Origin: Squalus acanthias
Lineage: Eukaryota
NCBI GenBank assembly: GCA_030390025.1
Contig: JASTWF010000366.1
Span: forward strand, 434,001-472,467
DNA: 38,467 nt
Reading direction: 5' to 3'
Shown: one piece after another, positions 13,974 through 25,865 of the stretch
Layout: each line of letters starts with the position of its first letter
Position numbering within the stretch: the first letter of the stretch is position 1
Position numbers and translations under genes: made by a program
The notes under the pieces: model-generated
The model's input: the letters and a program-made list of their open reading frames with translations, nothing else
Databases searched by the model: none
Told to the model about the DNA's origin: nothing

Positions 13974-16900
13974 CTAAACAAACCAAAAGGAGCTGTTAAA
14001 ACCACAAGTTATAGAGAACAGATAATGCGAATGGGAGGAGCCATGACCATTGAAATTAAAGAAGTATCATTTGTTCAAAATGACCCATATTTCTACATGT
14101 TACAGAAAGGGGATACCTGCACACTTACTAGGGTGTCTGAAGACTCCTTGTTATATGCTTTGGAACTGCGAGCAGAGCTTCATTTGCTAAGGCATGATGA
14201 ATAGGGATAATGAATCGTAGGAAGCACTCAAGCGCTGTACAGAACATCAGCCAGCATTTCTACACGATACAAGGATTGATGCATACAAATCTCTCTTTAT
14301 AACGTCTACAATAAGGCCACAGTTAAGTAGAATACTTCCTCTAAGTCAAGTACAAATCACAACCATACCCCAGCAGAAGTCAGTAGCTTACAATAAAACT
14401 AACTCTAGCTTCAGATTTCATTTTATGGTGATCTAGATACTGTACAACATTTTACACTGTAGGGTTGCTCACTTTTTGCTGAGGGCCACAATCCTAATCT
14501 CTATCACATTATCTCCATATACATATCCCAGCTAAAGCTACACTGGTGAACAGAAGTACAGAAGCACATGGTGCATCTTGTCGGTAGTGGGACATAAATG
14601 AGGGAACAGTGGTCCATATCATAAGTGTCACTGTACTTCCAGTTGGAGTCCAACCATTTAACTCAATGATAAAATATATATAATTATTCTTAGTCTGCCT
14701 GTTTTTGGCGCTGTGATTATGCTGTGCGGACTACGTGACCTCCATAAATCTGAGCTCCAACTAGTTGCGAGTACCTGCTTCTGATTGAGTCCTACTTCTG
14801 ATCCATCCCAGGCCTACCTGCTGCCCCCAATTATTCCCTCTCCTAGGTCATGAGACTCAGTTTTCTTCAAGCACACATTCCAGCAGACAGATGAGATGCC
14901 AATTGCTGCTTACTTTTAAACTGCACTTCAAGCTTTCTTGGAACAGTTCAAGAGAATGATCTGAGTGAGCACAGGTTTTCCCCCACATCATAATCTCCCA
15001 ACCTCCCTGCAGAAGCAGGCCAACCAGGTGGGAATGGGAAATACTACCCAGGATGGCGATGGGAGTGATCTCCCGGTCTATAATTTGACTGAAGTGTTTC
15101 TGTGGTGGACGTACTTTTGACGCCCAAGAGAAGTGCTGTGATTTCATACCCAGGGAGACGCACCCATTTCTGCAGCTATCAGAGGATTGAAGCCTTGGGT
15201 CTCTGTGACATGGGAGAAGAGGAGAATTAAGGCACTTTTAACTTGTGTATGGGTCGCAGAAGAGTGAAGCCAAAAGGACTCGACTGCATTTACCTTGTTC
15301 TTTGTCTCTACTTTCCTGCTGGAGGCTGATTTAGAGAAATGGAGAGCTGGCCTGTGCTTGCAGAGAGTGGAGGCAAAGAACAATGCAAGAGATTCTTCAA
15401 TTTTATTTAAATTTGAGCCATGGTTTTATGATGCAATTTGATGTCACACCATAAGCATACATTCAGGAGTCAGTTCCAGCAACAGAAGCTAAGACCCATA
15501 GAAATTGGTTTTGTACACTGGTGCCAGTTTTAGAAGATTAGCACTATAAAAAGTGAAATTAAACGTGGGAGACCCACACATCAGCTGTCGACAGCGCTCA
15601 CAACATGGAAGTGCTGAGAGAGAATGGAAGCAAGCAAAGTAGGTAACAGCTAGAAAGAAAAATAAAGTATTATGACAGTCAAAGAAACAGAAATAGTCGA
15701 TGTGAGTGAGCATGAGAGACAAACAGACGTTAACTTTTTCTGTAAGCAACATAAGAGATCAACTATTGTTTTTTAAAAATAAGGCCCCAAATCTTATATC
15801 AGCTAACCAGGAGTGGCCTAACACCGGAAAAAAAGCACTTCATCAGGTGGATCGTGCTGCATACTCAGCCAGATCAGGTGGCTCTGAATCAGCTCCCGAG
15901 ACTAGGCTGAAGTTTCGGTCCTTGGTGCAATGAATGGAGTCTCTACATTGCACACTGTCCCTCCTGTTAAGGTCCCTGAACAATTCTAGAGTGAAGGAAA
16001 TGGGAGTCCCCATTGGGGAACAAAGTTAATTTTGATATATTGAATATATTTTAGATCAACACTGAGGTAGTTCTTTCACTTTCCTTACATATTCCTTCCT
16101 CTTCAAGTGCTTATTTTGGTTGTACAGGGTCATTATCACAGTAATAAAGCTACTTTACAATTTTAGTTTCATGTTGCGTGAGCTGAAAGCTTAAAAAGCT
16201 TTAAATAAAAAATGACTCAGAGCCTGAAATTCCACGTAAACCAATATAATATTCTGGGGAAAAGCAGCACTCAAAAAATGTTTCCCCTCTATAAAATAAC
16301 TGTTTCACTAAATTTGGTAAGTGACATATTGCAGATGTTTGGGGAAAGACAGGCTATGTTTCTATGCTAATCAGAGGTGGAGAAATAATAATCCTCTGGC
16401 TGGCAACAGGTCGGAGAAATTACTGTTCCTGACATGAAGGATCGTTTAAATTTTCAGCTAACCAAACACGGACATTAAAGTAATGCAGCAACTCAAGTGT
16501 CAGGAGTAACTTCATTATTGTAATAATCCTAAAAGGACAAAAATAAACACAAACCACTTTAATTGAGGCATTTTAGACTTACTTCTGCTGTCATCTTGTA
16601 CCATACTTCTGTAAAAAAAAACTCACTCCCCCTTCCTTCTACCTCTCACCATCCACATTGGAAGTAGGAGCAACATTCTTTACACATATTAATTGGTTAA
16701 ATAAAAATAATCTTTGGCCCTAGCTATTCCAGTTAGAATACTGACCTAGCGGCATCACAGATGCAACCAAGTCAATCGGACATGCTTTAGGTGTCAAAAA
16801 ACAGGAATAGGGTTGCCAACCAAATAATATATTCATTAACAAACCATAAAGGAATGGCAAACTCAAATAAGTGAATTGTCTTTGGTGTCTCAAGAATGTA

Positions 16901-17635
16901 TTTTTTCCTTGATTGTTCTAACCATGTGGCAGTACTGTGATTTATTCATGTAATTACAGGGAAAAGTATTTGTGTCGTTTCTGTGAATAAAAGTATGTAG
17001 TCTGCAAGACACTGAGTTGTGCAAACAGGGGAATAAATGGCTTAGATCTTCTATGGAAGACTGACCACTGACTTAAGACAGTGTCGCCCTTACCAGTCAT
17101 ATTTCAGTTTTAGATAGGGAATGTGTGTTAGAACATAATCCAACAAGAAAAAGTCAATATGACAATTTTTCATCTTTTTCCAATCCCTCATCACTACTTT
17201 AAACAAGAATCAGTATTTACTGTACTAGATAGCAGTATACAGAAGTCAATTAATTTACACATAAGATAATTCCCCAAGTTTAGCAAATGCTAGCTTTAGC
17301 CTAAGTCATGTCTTGTTCCTCATCATGGTTTTCAGATAATATCTCAACATCCACCCCATTGATAGCTGGTTCATTTTTAACAATTTAGTTCATTCTTCTA
17401 TTTCCTTCCCCAGGCTTTTTCTTACTTGCCCTTTTCTAGCTCCACAGGTGTTACAACTAGATAGAACCACTGAGAACATAATTGCACAGTACTAAGAATA
17501 TTTAATTGGAAATGGTGTTTGTCTGTAATGTGCTGGAATTGATATAGTTTACAGTTGAGGTACTGAATGAATCCTGCCTTGCTGCATCAGCTTTAGCTCA
17601 AAAGAAAACTTACTGGAACTTTTAGGCTCACTGAC

Positions 17636-18395
17636 CTGTTTTCCTTGTGCTCTTGTCTTCAGTTTCACACAAGTCTCCATTTTTCTCATTGGTGGTTTCT
17701 ATAGCACACTGGATCTTACAGCCTGATTCAGAACAGTAGTTCTCTGTTGAACTGTCCTCATTTGCAGCTTCTGTACAACTTGGCTGATTTCCATTTGCTT
17801 CATCATCTTTTCTTGGTCCTTTCGTGCCCAGATTTGATGTTAGTTTTCCAAGACTACAGAATTTTGAAAGAATACTTGGCTGGTTCTCTGCAGGTTTCAG
17901 CCATCTTAACCCAAGTCGTGTTTTCTTCTGGGCAGTTGAGCGTGCAGTACCATTTTCAGATACACTCTTAGCATCAATATCAGGTTCTTGTTCAATAGTG
18001 TCCCCAGAAGGTTTTCTCTTCCCTCTTGTTTGCCGTTTCTCTTCTATTTTTTTCAGATCCTTGGGCAATTTAGATTTTTTCATGGCATTGCCAGCTTGTG
18101 TATCACTTTTTCTTTTCCATTTTTCTTTTTCTTTAGCATTTCCTCTTTCTCTAGATCAGGCATTTCACAGACGCCTTGCACAGGGTCATTTCCAGCTATC
18201 AGGTTATTGGTGCAAAAAGTCTCTGTAGGCCCGTTCATTTTATTCTCCACAGTTGTTTCAGGGTCGACGACATTTTCTTCAACAGATGCACTTTTCTTTA
18301 ACAACTGGCAAGCTTCCAGGATGTATCCCAAAATACACTGCAACACTTCCTGTGCATCATGCTGTAGATATCCATCATACATTGGATTCAGCTCT
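17636..18395 (-). CDS. USP1: USP1 exon 6 (QHDAQE box and insert L1) with an apparent 1-nt frameshift
   Basis: ttag acceptor and gtcagt donor; 760 nt, one short of the 761 needed for phases 2/1; USP1 homology is split between ORFs 18080..18406 and 17628..18083. Confidence 0.92.
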
Positions 18396-21080
18396 CTAAA
18401 ATACAAGTGGACAGTTTATATATTATTCCATTCAAATTTCATTTCACTTTATTTGTGCTGCAACAGGATTCTTTACTGCTTGTGTTGGTGTTAATACATT
18501 GCAAGTACAGTTAAAATCTCAGTCATACTGGAGTACAATGGGCCCTTATTGTAAGCTCAGTCATGTGATCCAAATTAACAGCATTGCAGAGGGATACCGC
18601 ATTATATCAAGCCATGGTCAGTGTTTCGAGAAGGATTACGGTCCTCAATAAAGGAATAAAAATAAGGTCCTAGAATTAGCGTATTTAAAAAAACTACTCA
18701 TTCCTAATCATCCCCTCATTTTTAAAATTAAAATGTAAACATTAAAAATACAAAGCTTTTTTGATTTGGCAGAGTAGAAGGCTTGATGTTTTTCCTAGTG
18801 CATGCAACCCCTTTTTTGATGCAGCTTCATTGCTTTTTTAAAAATCTTTTCTCTTATACCAGCTTGTTAGTTTGGGGCTGGGCAGGCCCCTCTGGAGATC
18901 TTGATTATGTCTTTTTGGGTTCAGAATTCTAAGCTGACTTTCCACCCATCTCTACACAACTTGACCAAAGAAAAGAATTATACAACCATGTGGTCCTGAA
19001 TCAGCTGCGGAGAAAACCAGCTTGGTGGAGGACTTGAGCAGGAATGACTTTGGGTTGGGGGAAACAATGGTTCTTCCCAACTCACCTGCTGAATGTTACT
19101 TGACTGCTCACATGCTCCCTCACCCAGCAATCCTACCGACTATTCCTATATTACCACGCTCTCACACCCCATTCCGCAGATTACCCTCATGGAGCCTCTC
19201 GACTCTTCCTTAACCCCAAATCCTTGTATCCTCCCAGTTGCAGCCTAGGTTACTCCTTGCCTGACCCTCAGCCCCACTTTCTATATCAACTACCCATATT
19301 TTAGCATTTCTCAGACAACCCATTTTCCTACATACACTACACCGTAGGAAGGTAAAAGATGGGTAAGTGAGTATATCAGTGAAAGGAACATGTGTGAGAG
19401 CCACACAGAGACATACAGAAGAGAGGAGTCAGATGAGAGGAGGCTTAAAGAGAAAGAAATAATGAGCAAGAATCTGACAATAATACAGAAAGAGCAAAGC
19501 AAAGAACTACAGTGGGGAAAGAAAGGCAGAGTTATTGGAGACACCAGCGGCAGCGGAGCATAAAACAGCGCCGACCTGATTGGAGACACCAGCAGCGGCT
19601 GAACCGTCGACGATTTCCAAACAAAAAACGAAGAGTGACGTCACAGGACAGCAGGTAGGTGATTGGTTGGTGAGTATTAAGGTTTTTTTTTATCTCTAAC
19701 CTAGGACAGTGGTTTAAGCTAGGTGCGGGAAACTACAAAGTACTGTATTAAATTTATAGCTTAACTAGTTAAACTATTTAATATAACTATAAATAATCGT
19801 TGAATAAAGACTTTAACTAATTAAATAAATAAAATAAGGCTAGTCTAAGCTATGGCAGGGCAGGTCGTGTGTCTGGACTGCAGTGTGTGGGAGTTTGTGG
19901 ACAGCGAGACTGTCCAGAGCGAACACGTCTGTAGGAGATGTCTCATCTCGAATCTCTCCGGCTCAGAGTCATTGAGCTGGAGACACTCCGACACATAAGG
20001 GAGGGGGAGGAATTTCTGGACAGTTTTATCCAGAATACAGTCACACCCCAGAGGGAAGCACAGGTTCAGGAAGGGGAGGGTGTGACTGCTAGGGAGCCAG
20101 GTAGTGGGGATTTACGAAAGGTTGAGAAGGAGGTCCTGTCCAACAGGTACGATGTACTCGCTACCTGTGAGGACAAGGAGAAAGACTGCAGTGAGGACAG
20201 CCACAATACACAAAGCACCGTGACTCAGAAGGCTGTCCAAGGGGGCAGGGGGGCGAAAGAGCAGAATAGAAATGTGGTAGTAATAGGGGACTCTATAATT
20301 AGGGGGATAGATAGCATCCTCTGCAGCCAAGAACGAGAATCCCATAGGGTGTGTTGCCAGGATAAGGGATATCTCACGGCGGCTGGAGAGGAACTTGGAA
20401 AGGGAGGGGGTAAATCCAGTTGTCGTGGTCCATGTTGGAACTAACGACATAGGTAGGAACAGGGAGGAAGCCCTGCTGAAAGAGTTTCAGGAGTTAGGCT
20501 CTAAATTAAAAAGCAGGACCTCGAGGGTAATAATCTCTGGATTATTGCCCGAGCCACGTGCAAATTGGCATAGAAGCAGACAGATCAGGAGAATTAAAAC
20601 GTGGCTGAAGGGCTGGTGTGGGAAAGAGGGGTTCCTTTTCATGGGGCACTGGCACCAGTTCTGGGACAGGAAGGAGCTGTACCGATGGGACGGGCTCCAC
20701 CTGAACTGGGATGGGACCCGTGTCCTAGCGGAAAGGGTAAACAGGGAGGTGGCAAAGGCTTTAAACTAGCAAGGGGGGAGGGATCTACAAGAAATGTAAG
20801 CAGCCTAAATATAAACAAAACAGGAAAATTGAGCATAGGAAAGAATAAAGTAAGGGAGGACATTGACAGTAAGGGAGCAAATAGAGTTACAGAACAGGAG
20901 TCTAAAAAGATGGTTAACCATAAAGTGAAAGGAAATCCTATTAAAAATGAGTTAAGCTATCTGTACAGTAATGCACACAGTGTCTGTAATAAAACAGGGG
21001 AGCTGGAGGCAATCATGCGTTGGGAGGAACCAGACATAGTAGGGATTACTGAGACATGGCTACAGAAAAATCAGGACTAG

Positions 21081-22664
21081 AAACATAGGAAAATAGGAGC
21101 AGGAGTAGGCCATTCGGCCCTTCGAGCCTGCTCCGCCAATCAATATGATCATGACTGATCCTCTATCTCAATACCATATTCCCGCTCTCTCCCCATACCC
21201 CTTGATGCTTTTTGTGTCTAGAAATCTATCTATCTCCTTAAATATATTCAGTGACTTGGCCTCCACAGCCTTCTGTGGTAGAGAATTTCACAGGTTCACC
21301 ACCCTCTGAGTGAAGAAATTTCTCCTCATCTCAGTCCTAAATGTCCTACCCCGTATCCTGAGACTGTGACCCCTCGTTCTAGACCCCCCAGCAAAAGGGA
21401 AACATCCTCCCTGCATCCAGTCTGTCTAGCCCTGTCAGAATTTTATACGTTTCAATGAGATTCCCTCTCATTCTTCTAAACTCTAGTGAATACAGGCCTA
21501 GTCAACCCAATCTCTCCTCATATGACAGTCCTGCCATCCCAGGAATCACTCTGGTGAACCTTCGCTGCACCCCCTCTATGGCAAGTATATCCTTTCTTAG
21601 GAAAGGAGACCAAAACTGCACACAGTACTCCAGGTGTGGTCTCACCAAGGCCCTGTACAACTGTAGCAAGACATCCTTGCTCCTGTACTCAAATCCTCTT
21701 GCAATGAAGGCCAACATACCATTTGCCTTCCTAACTGCTTGCTGCACCTGCATGTTTGCTTTCAGTGACTGGTGTACAAGGACACCCAGGTCCCTTTGCA
21801 CATCAGCATTTCCCAATCTAGCACCATTTAAATAATCCTCTACCTTTCTGTTTTTCCTACCGAAGTGGATAACTTCACATTTATCCACGTTATACTGCAT
21901 CTGCCATGTATTTGTCCACTCACTCAACTTGTCTAAATCGCCTTGAAGCCTCTTTGCATCCTCCTCACAACTCACAATCCCACCTAGTTTCGTGTTGTCA
22001 GCAAACTTGGAAATATTACATTTGGTTCCCTCATCCAAATCATTGATATTGTGAATAGCTGGGGCCCAAGCACTGATCCCTGCGGTACCCCACTAGCCTG
22101 CCACCCTGAAAAAGACCCTATTTATTCCTGCACTCTGTTTCCTGTCTGTTAACCAATTTTCAATCCATCCCAGTATATTATCCCCATCCCATGTGCTTTA
22201 ATTTTGCACACTAACCTCTTATGTGGGACAAAGGCCTTCTGAAAATCCAAATACACATCCACTGGTTCTCCCTTATCTATTCTACCAGTTACATCCTCAA
22301 AAAACTCCAGTAGGTTTGTCAAACACGATTTCCCTTTCATAAATCCATGTTGACTTTGTCTAATCCCATTGATATTTTCTAAGTGTCCTGTTATCATATC
22401 CTTTATAATAGACTCTAGCATTTTCCCTACTACTGATGTTAGGCTAAGCGGTCTGTAGTTCCCTGTTTTCTCTCCCTCCTTTTTTAAATAGTGGGGTTAC
22501 ATTTGCCACCCTCCAATCTGCAGGAACTGTTCCGCAATCTATAGAATTTTGGAAGATGACAACCAATGCATCCACTATTTCCATGGCTACCTCTTTTAGT
22601 ACTCTGGGATGCAGATTATCAGGCCCTGGGGATTTATCAGCTTTCAGTCCCATTAATTTCTCCA
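21081..22664 (-). mobile_element. 5'-truncated CR1 LINE nested in the endonuclease region of the host CR1
   Basis: RT ORF fragments 22444..22653, 22149..22421 and 21502..22038; 3' tail at about 21081; GACTAG duplicated at 21075-21080 and 22665-22670; host frame ETWLQKNQD / ELNIAGY resumes across it. Confidence 0.92.
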
Positions 22665-23682
22665 GACTAGGAATTAAACATTGCAGGGTATAACATATTT
22701 AGAAAAGATAGAGAGGGAAAAAGGGGAGGTGGAGTAGCTGTACCTATTAGGGATAACAATGGCAGTAGAAAAAAGGGACGTAGATATCAGCAAGACAAAA
22801 ATAGAATCTATATGGATAGAGATAAAAGATAATAAAGGATCAATCACACTAATAGGCGTAGTCTACAGACCACCTAATAGTGGAAGGGAGGTGAAGGAAG
22901 AAATAAACAGACAAATTAGAGAAATTAGTAAAAAACAGAATAATCATCATGGGGGATTTCAACTACCCAGATATTAATTGGACAGAAGAGGTAGGTAAAG
23001 GGGATAAGGGAATAGAGTTCCTACAATGTGTACAGGACTCCTTTCTAACCCAATATGTAAAAAGCCCAACAAGGGAGGATTCGCTATTGGAATTATGGGG
23101 AATGAGCCAGAGCAGATAAGAGAAGTAAAAGTAGGGGAACATATAGGCAATAGTGATCATAATATAATACGCTTTAAGATGATAATAGAGAAGGACATAA
23201 GTATGACAAAAACCAGGTTAATAGATTGGAGAAAAGTTGATTTTGAGAGGCTGAGAATAGAACTTGGGAAGATAAAATGGGCAACAATATTGACAATGAT
23301 GTAGAACAACAATGGGAAACATTTAAAACGGTGTTCAACAGAGCAGGAACAATATATTCCGCTAAAAGAAAGGAATAAACTAAACACTAATGAGACTCCA
23401 TGGATGAATAAAGCCATAAGGGAACAATTGAGGGTAAGGAAAGAGGCATATATTAAGTACATAGACAGCAGGACAGTGCATGATAAGGGAAATACGAAGA
23501 GATTAGGAGAGAAGTCAAAAAAACAATTAGGAAGGCAAAGAGGAACTAAGGAATTAAATTATCAAGGAACATAAAACAAAATAGTAAAATATTTTATAGG
23601 CACATCAATAAAAAAGGAAATAAAAACAGAAAATGCTGGAAATACTCAGCAGGTCAGGCAGCATCTGTAGAGCGAGAAACAG

Positions 23683-23719
23683 AGTTAACGTTTCAGGCCG
23701 ATGACCCTTCGTCAGAACT
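23683..23719 (-). ncRNA. Minimal type I hammerhead ribozyme, second copy
   Basis: Minus strand reads agtt-CTGACGA-a-gggtc(atc)ggcct-GAAAC-GTT-aact; stem II kept by G-U pairs. Confidence 0.8.
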
Positions 23720-24836
23720 GGAAAAAGTTGGAGATGTAACCGGTTTTTAAGCAAGTGTAGGGGCGGGGAGAGGAGAGATTAAGAGACAAAAGGGATGATG
23801 GTGCAAGGCAAAAGGAGATGTATGGAACAAGTTAAGAAACAAAAGATGACTCTAGATGAAGTGTAAATGGCAATGGCAGAATCATCAACAGCTGCCATGT
23901 GAGAGAAAGAAAAAAAAGATAGGGGCAGAGGTTATGGTCTGAAATTGTTGAACTCGAATGTTGAGTCCAGAAGGCTTTAAAGTGCCTAATCAAAAGATGA
24001 GGTGCTGTTCCTCGAGCTTACGTTGAGCTTCACAAGAACAGTGCAAGAGGCTGAGGACGGAGAGGTCAGAGTGGGTGTGGGGGCGGAGAATTAAAGTGAC
24101 AGGCGACCGGAAGCTCGGGGTCACCCTTACAGACTGAACGGAGGTGTTCCGCAAAGCGGTCACCCAATCTGCGTTTGGTCTCCCCAATGTAGAGGAGACC
24201 GCATCGTGAGCAGCGAATACAATATACTAAATTGCAAGAAGTACAAGTAAATTGCTGTTTCACCTGGAAGGGTGTTTGGGGCCCTGGACAATGGGAAGGG
24301 AGGAGATAAAAGGGCAGGTGTTGCATCTCCTACGCTTGCACGGGAAGGTGCCAGGCGAAGGGGAAGGGGTGTTGGGGGTGACAGAGGAGTGGACCAGGGT
24401 GTCGCGGAGGGAGCAGTCCCTTCGGAATGCTAAAAGGGGAGGCGAGGGGAAGATGTGGTGGGATCACGCTGGAGGTGGCGGAAGATGATCCGTTGAATGT
24501 GGAGGCTGGTGGGGTGAAAGGCGAGGACAAGGGGAACCCTATCGTGGTTCCGGGAGGCACTTTACAGCCTTCTGGACTCAACATCGAGTTCAACAATTTC
24601 AGACCATAACCTCTGCCCCTATCATTTTCTTCTCTCTCTTTCACATGGCAGCTGTTGATTATTCTGCCATTGCCATTTACACTTCATCTAGAGTCGTCTT
24701 TTGTTTCTTAACTTGTTCCATTAACATCTCTTTTGTCTCTTAATCTCTCCTGCCTTCCATCCTATCACAGACCTTCCCTTTTGTTCTTTCCTCCCCTCCC
24801 CTTGCTTAAAAATCTGTTACATCTCCAACTTTTTCC

Positions 24837-24873
24837 AGTTCTGACGAAGGGTCATCGACCCGAAACGTCAACT
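24837..24873 (+). ncRNA. Minimal type I hammerhead ribozyme (Penelope-associated)
   Basis: agtt-CTGACGA-a-gggtc(atc)gaccc-GAAAC-GTC-aact: complete core, stems I and II, palindromic ACGT stem III, GUC cleavage triplet. Confidence 0.85.
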
Positions 24874-25727
24874 CTGTTTCTCTCTTTACAGATGCTGCCT
24901 GACCTGCTGAGTATTTCCAGCATTTTCTGTTTTTATTTCAGATTTCCAGCATCCGCAGTATTTTGCTTTAATAAAAAAGGGAAGGTTGGGATGGGAATAG
25001 GGCCATTAAGGGATAGACAGGACAATACCACAGGTAACGATAGGGAGATGGCAGAAATATTAAATCATTATTTCGCTTCGGTGTTTACCAGGGAGATAGA
25101 ACAGGTGGACATGACATTGGATGATGAGATGAGTAATGAGATAAGTGCATTTAAAATAAAAGAGGGGATATATTAAATAAACTAATCAAACTCAAAGAGG
25201 ATAAAACCCCTGGATGGATTGCATCCCCGCATTTTAATAGAATTTAGGGAAGAGATAGCAGAGGCATTACTGCACATATTTACTAATTCGTTAGAAAAAG
25301 GTGTAGTGCCAGAGGACCTATATTTTAGGGGGATAGAACATGTCCAGGGAATTATAGACCAGTCAGCTTAACATCGGTGGTAAGAAAAATAATGGAATCC
25401 CTACTAAAGGAGAAAATAGAAGAACACCTAGAAATGAAAAGTATAATAATGAATAGTCAGCATGGATTTCAAAAGGAAAAATCTTGCTTGAGCAACCTTA
25501 TTGAATTTTTTGAAGAGGTAACAGAGAGAGTAGATAATGGTAATGCAGTAGTTGCAATTTATCTAGATTTTCCAAAAGGCCTTCGATAATGTACCCCATA
25601 ATAGACTTATGAATAAGGTCAGAGAATGCTAAAGTCAGGGGACAAGTAGCAGAATGGATTGCTAGCTGGCTTCAAGACAGAAAGCAGAGAGTGGGAGTAA
25701 AGGATAGCTAGTCACAATGGCAAAAGG

Positions 25728-25865
25728 CACAAAAGACATCAAGGGGTATGGGGAGAGAGCGGGAATGTGGTATTGAGATAGAGGATCAGCCATGATCATA
25801 TTGAATGGCGGAGCAGGCTTGAAGGGCTGAATGGCCTACTGCTGCTCCTATTTTTCTATGTTTCT
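25728..25865 (+). mobile_element. Short CR1 3'-end insertion nested in the host RT; same family as 21081-22664
   Basis: Reverse complement of about 21079-21215; AAGG duplicated at 25724-25727 and 25866-25869; splits host [11 protein letters not shown]. Confidence 0.88.

Larger units (their letters stand above)
23618..24969 (-). mobile_element. Penelope-like element fragment (GIY-YIG endonuclease) with inverted pseudo-LTR arms
   Basis: ORF 24066..24326 NLVYCIRCSRCGLLYIGETKRRLGDRFAEH; inverted arms about 23617-23987 and 24555-24939; 11-bp TSD AATAAAAAAGG at 23607-23617 and 24970-24980. Confidence 0.92.

Noticed and set aside
14700..15960. Possible decayed DNA-transposon (Harbinger Myb-like) remnant
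   Set aside because: Only a vague resemblance; no convincing TIR pair or motif by eye.
18083..18155. A small intron as the explanation of the USP1 frame break
   Set aside because: No usable GT...AG pair with a pyrimidine tract, and the protein homology is continuous across the site.
17747..18494. Plus-strand ORFs up to 168 aa
   Set aside because: Antisense shadows of USP1 exon 6; Phe/Ser-rich because the sense strand is A-rich.
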